Of a stretch of 64,000 nucleotides of DNA, positions 63,296 to 64,000 are shown piece after piece (positions within the stretch are counted from its first letter, which is position 1; every line of letters begins with the position of its first letter). Position numbers and translations under genes: made by a program. The DNA is taken from NCBI RefSeq assembly GCF_036321535.1, contig NC_087436.1, positions 61,072,001-61,136,000 on the forward strand, given 5' to 3'. Under the pieces are notes generated by a model, which searched no databases, was not told where the DNA came from, and was given only the letters and a program-made list of their open reading frames with translations. Source of the DNA: Camelus dromedarius. Taxonomy: Eukaryota.

Positions 63296-64000
63296 GTGAG
63301 CTCTGGAGGAAGTATGGAGCACCTTTTTAACATCAGTCTGAAGTGTAAAAAGTGAATCAGTTAAGAGGAGAAAGAGTATATGTAGGGTCGTCATTGTATT
63401 TTAGGTGTTGTAGGGTGGTATGATGGTCTTACCAGAGATTCTATAAACCTAACCAGGTTTCTGTAACAAAGTCCCTGCAATTGATTACCAAGATCTTGCC
63501 TTAGATCAGCTAGAACAGCGCAATCCATAGTTCACTTGAACAAGCTTTCACTTTGAAAACCAAGACGCACAAATATCTTGAAGAAGGTGTTACACAGAAA
63601 ATAAGGGGTCAACCATTTAAGTTTCAGTACTGAACTGCTTAGAGTTTTTGTTTTGCAGTAGGATCCCTTAGGATGAACCTGGTATTTTTGTATTGATTGC
63701 CTTTCTCTCTAATGTAGTTAGGGAGAAAAGAGAATTTTTACAGAATGTGGAATTTAGCAGAGAGAGAATGTATGAGACTGTCTGCATTTCCTCGCCTCTA
63801 GGCATGGTTTGCTCCTTGAAGGTTAGAGCCAAGGGAATTCTTTATCTTCCAACATTTTCATTTAGGGCAATCAAACACCACAATTTGCAGTCTTCAGCTT
63901 TAGGGAATCTCAGACTTCAATAAAGAGAATGGTATTTTATTATCTCCTTGAGTTGTTTTCAGAACTTTCAAAAAAAATCACACAAACACTTCTACTGGAC

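Noticed and set aside
1..64000. CRISPR arrays, operons or prokaryotic defence systems
   Set aside because: Mammalian repeat-rich DNA; no regularly spaced repeat-spacer array or gene-dense region seen

Overview
Mammalian non-coding DNA, most likely camelid. Evidence: tRNA-Ala(AGC)-derived SINEs resembling camelid Vic-1, L1 3' ends of a type I associate with camelids, and no ruminant, pig or primate SINEs that I could recognise. I found no recognisable protein-coding gene; ORF-track hits are L1 ORF2 remnants or chance ORFs. Much of the window is ancient and recent repeats (MIR, L2, CR1/L3, L1, MaLR/ERVL/ERV1 LTRs, hAT MITEs). Main non-repeat signals: (i) a CpG-rich cluster of three CTCF motifs at 10.3-11.0 kb; (ii) candidate developmental enhancers with MEIS plus PBX-HOX composites at about 30.6 and 32.3 kb; (iii) a CpG-island promoter at 57.8-58.5 kb with a BANP/ZBTB33 palindrome, a YY1 site and a strong + strand splice donor, possibly followed by two further exons giving a speculative 54-aa ORF. 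Retrotransposition oddities: a full-length U6 retrocopy inside an L1, an L1 insertion carrying a foreign polyadenylated 3' segment within its target-site duplication (TSD), and a very ancient CR1 remnant with a still-readable ORF2 C-terminus. Repeat family names are from recalled consensus similarity, not a database search, and boundaries are approximate. I found no convincing novel multi-gene system.
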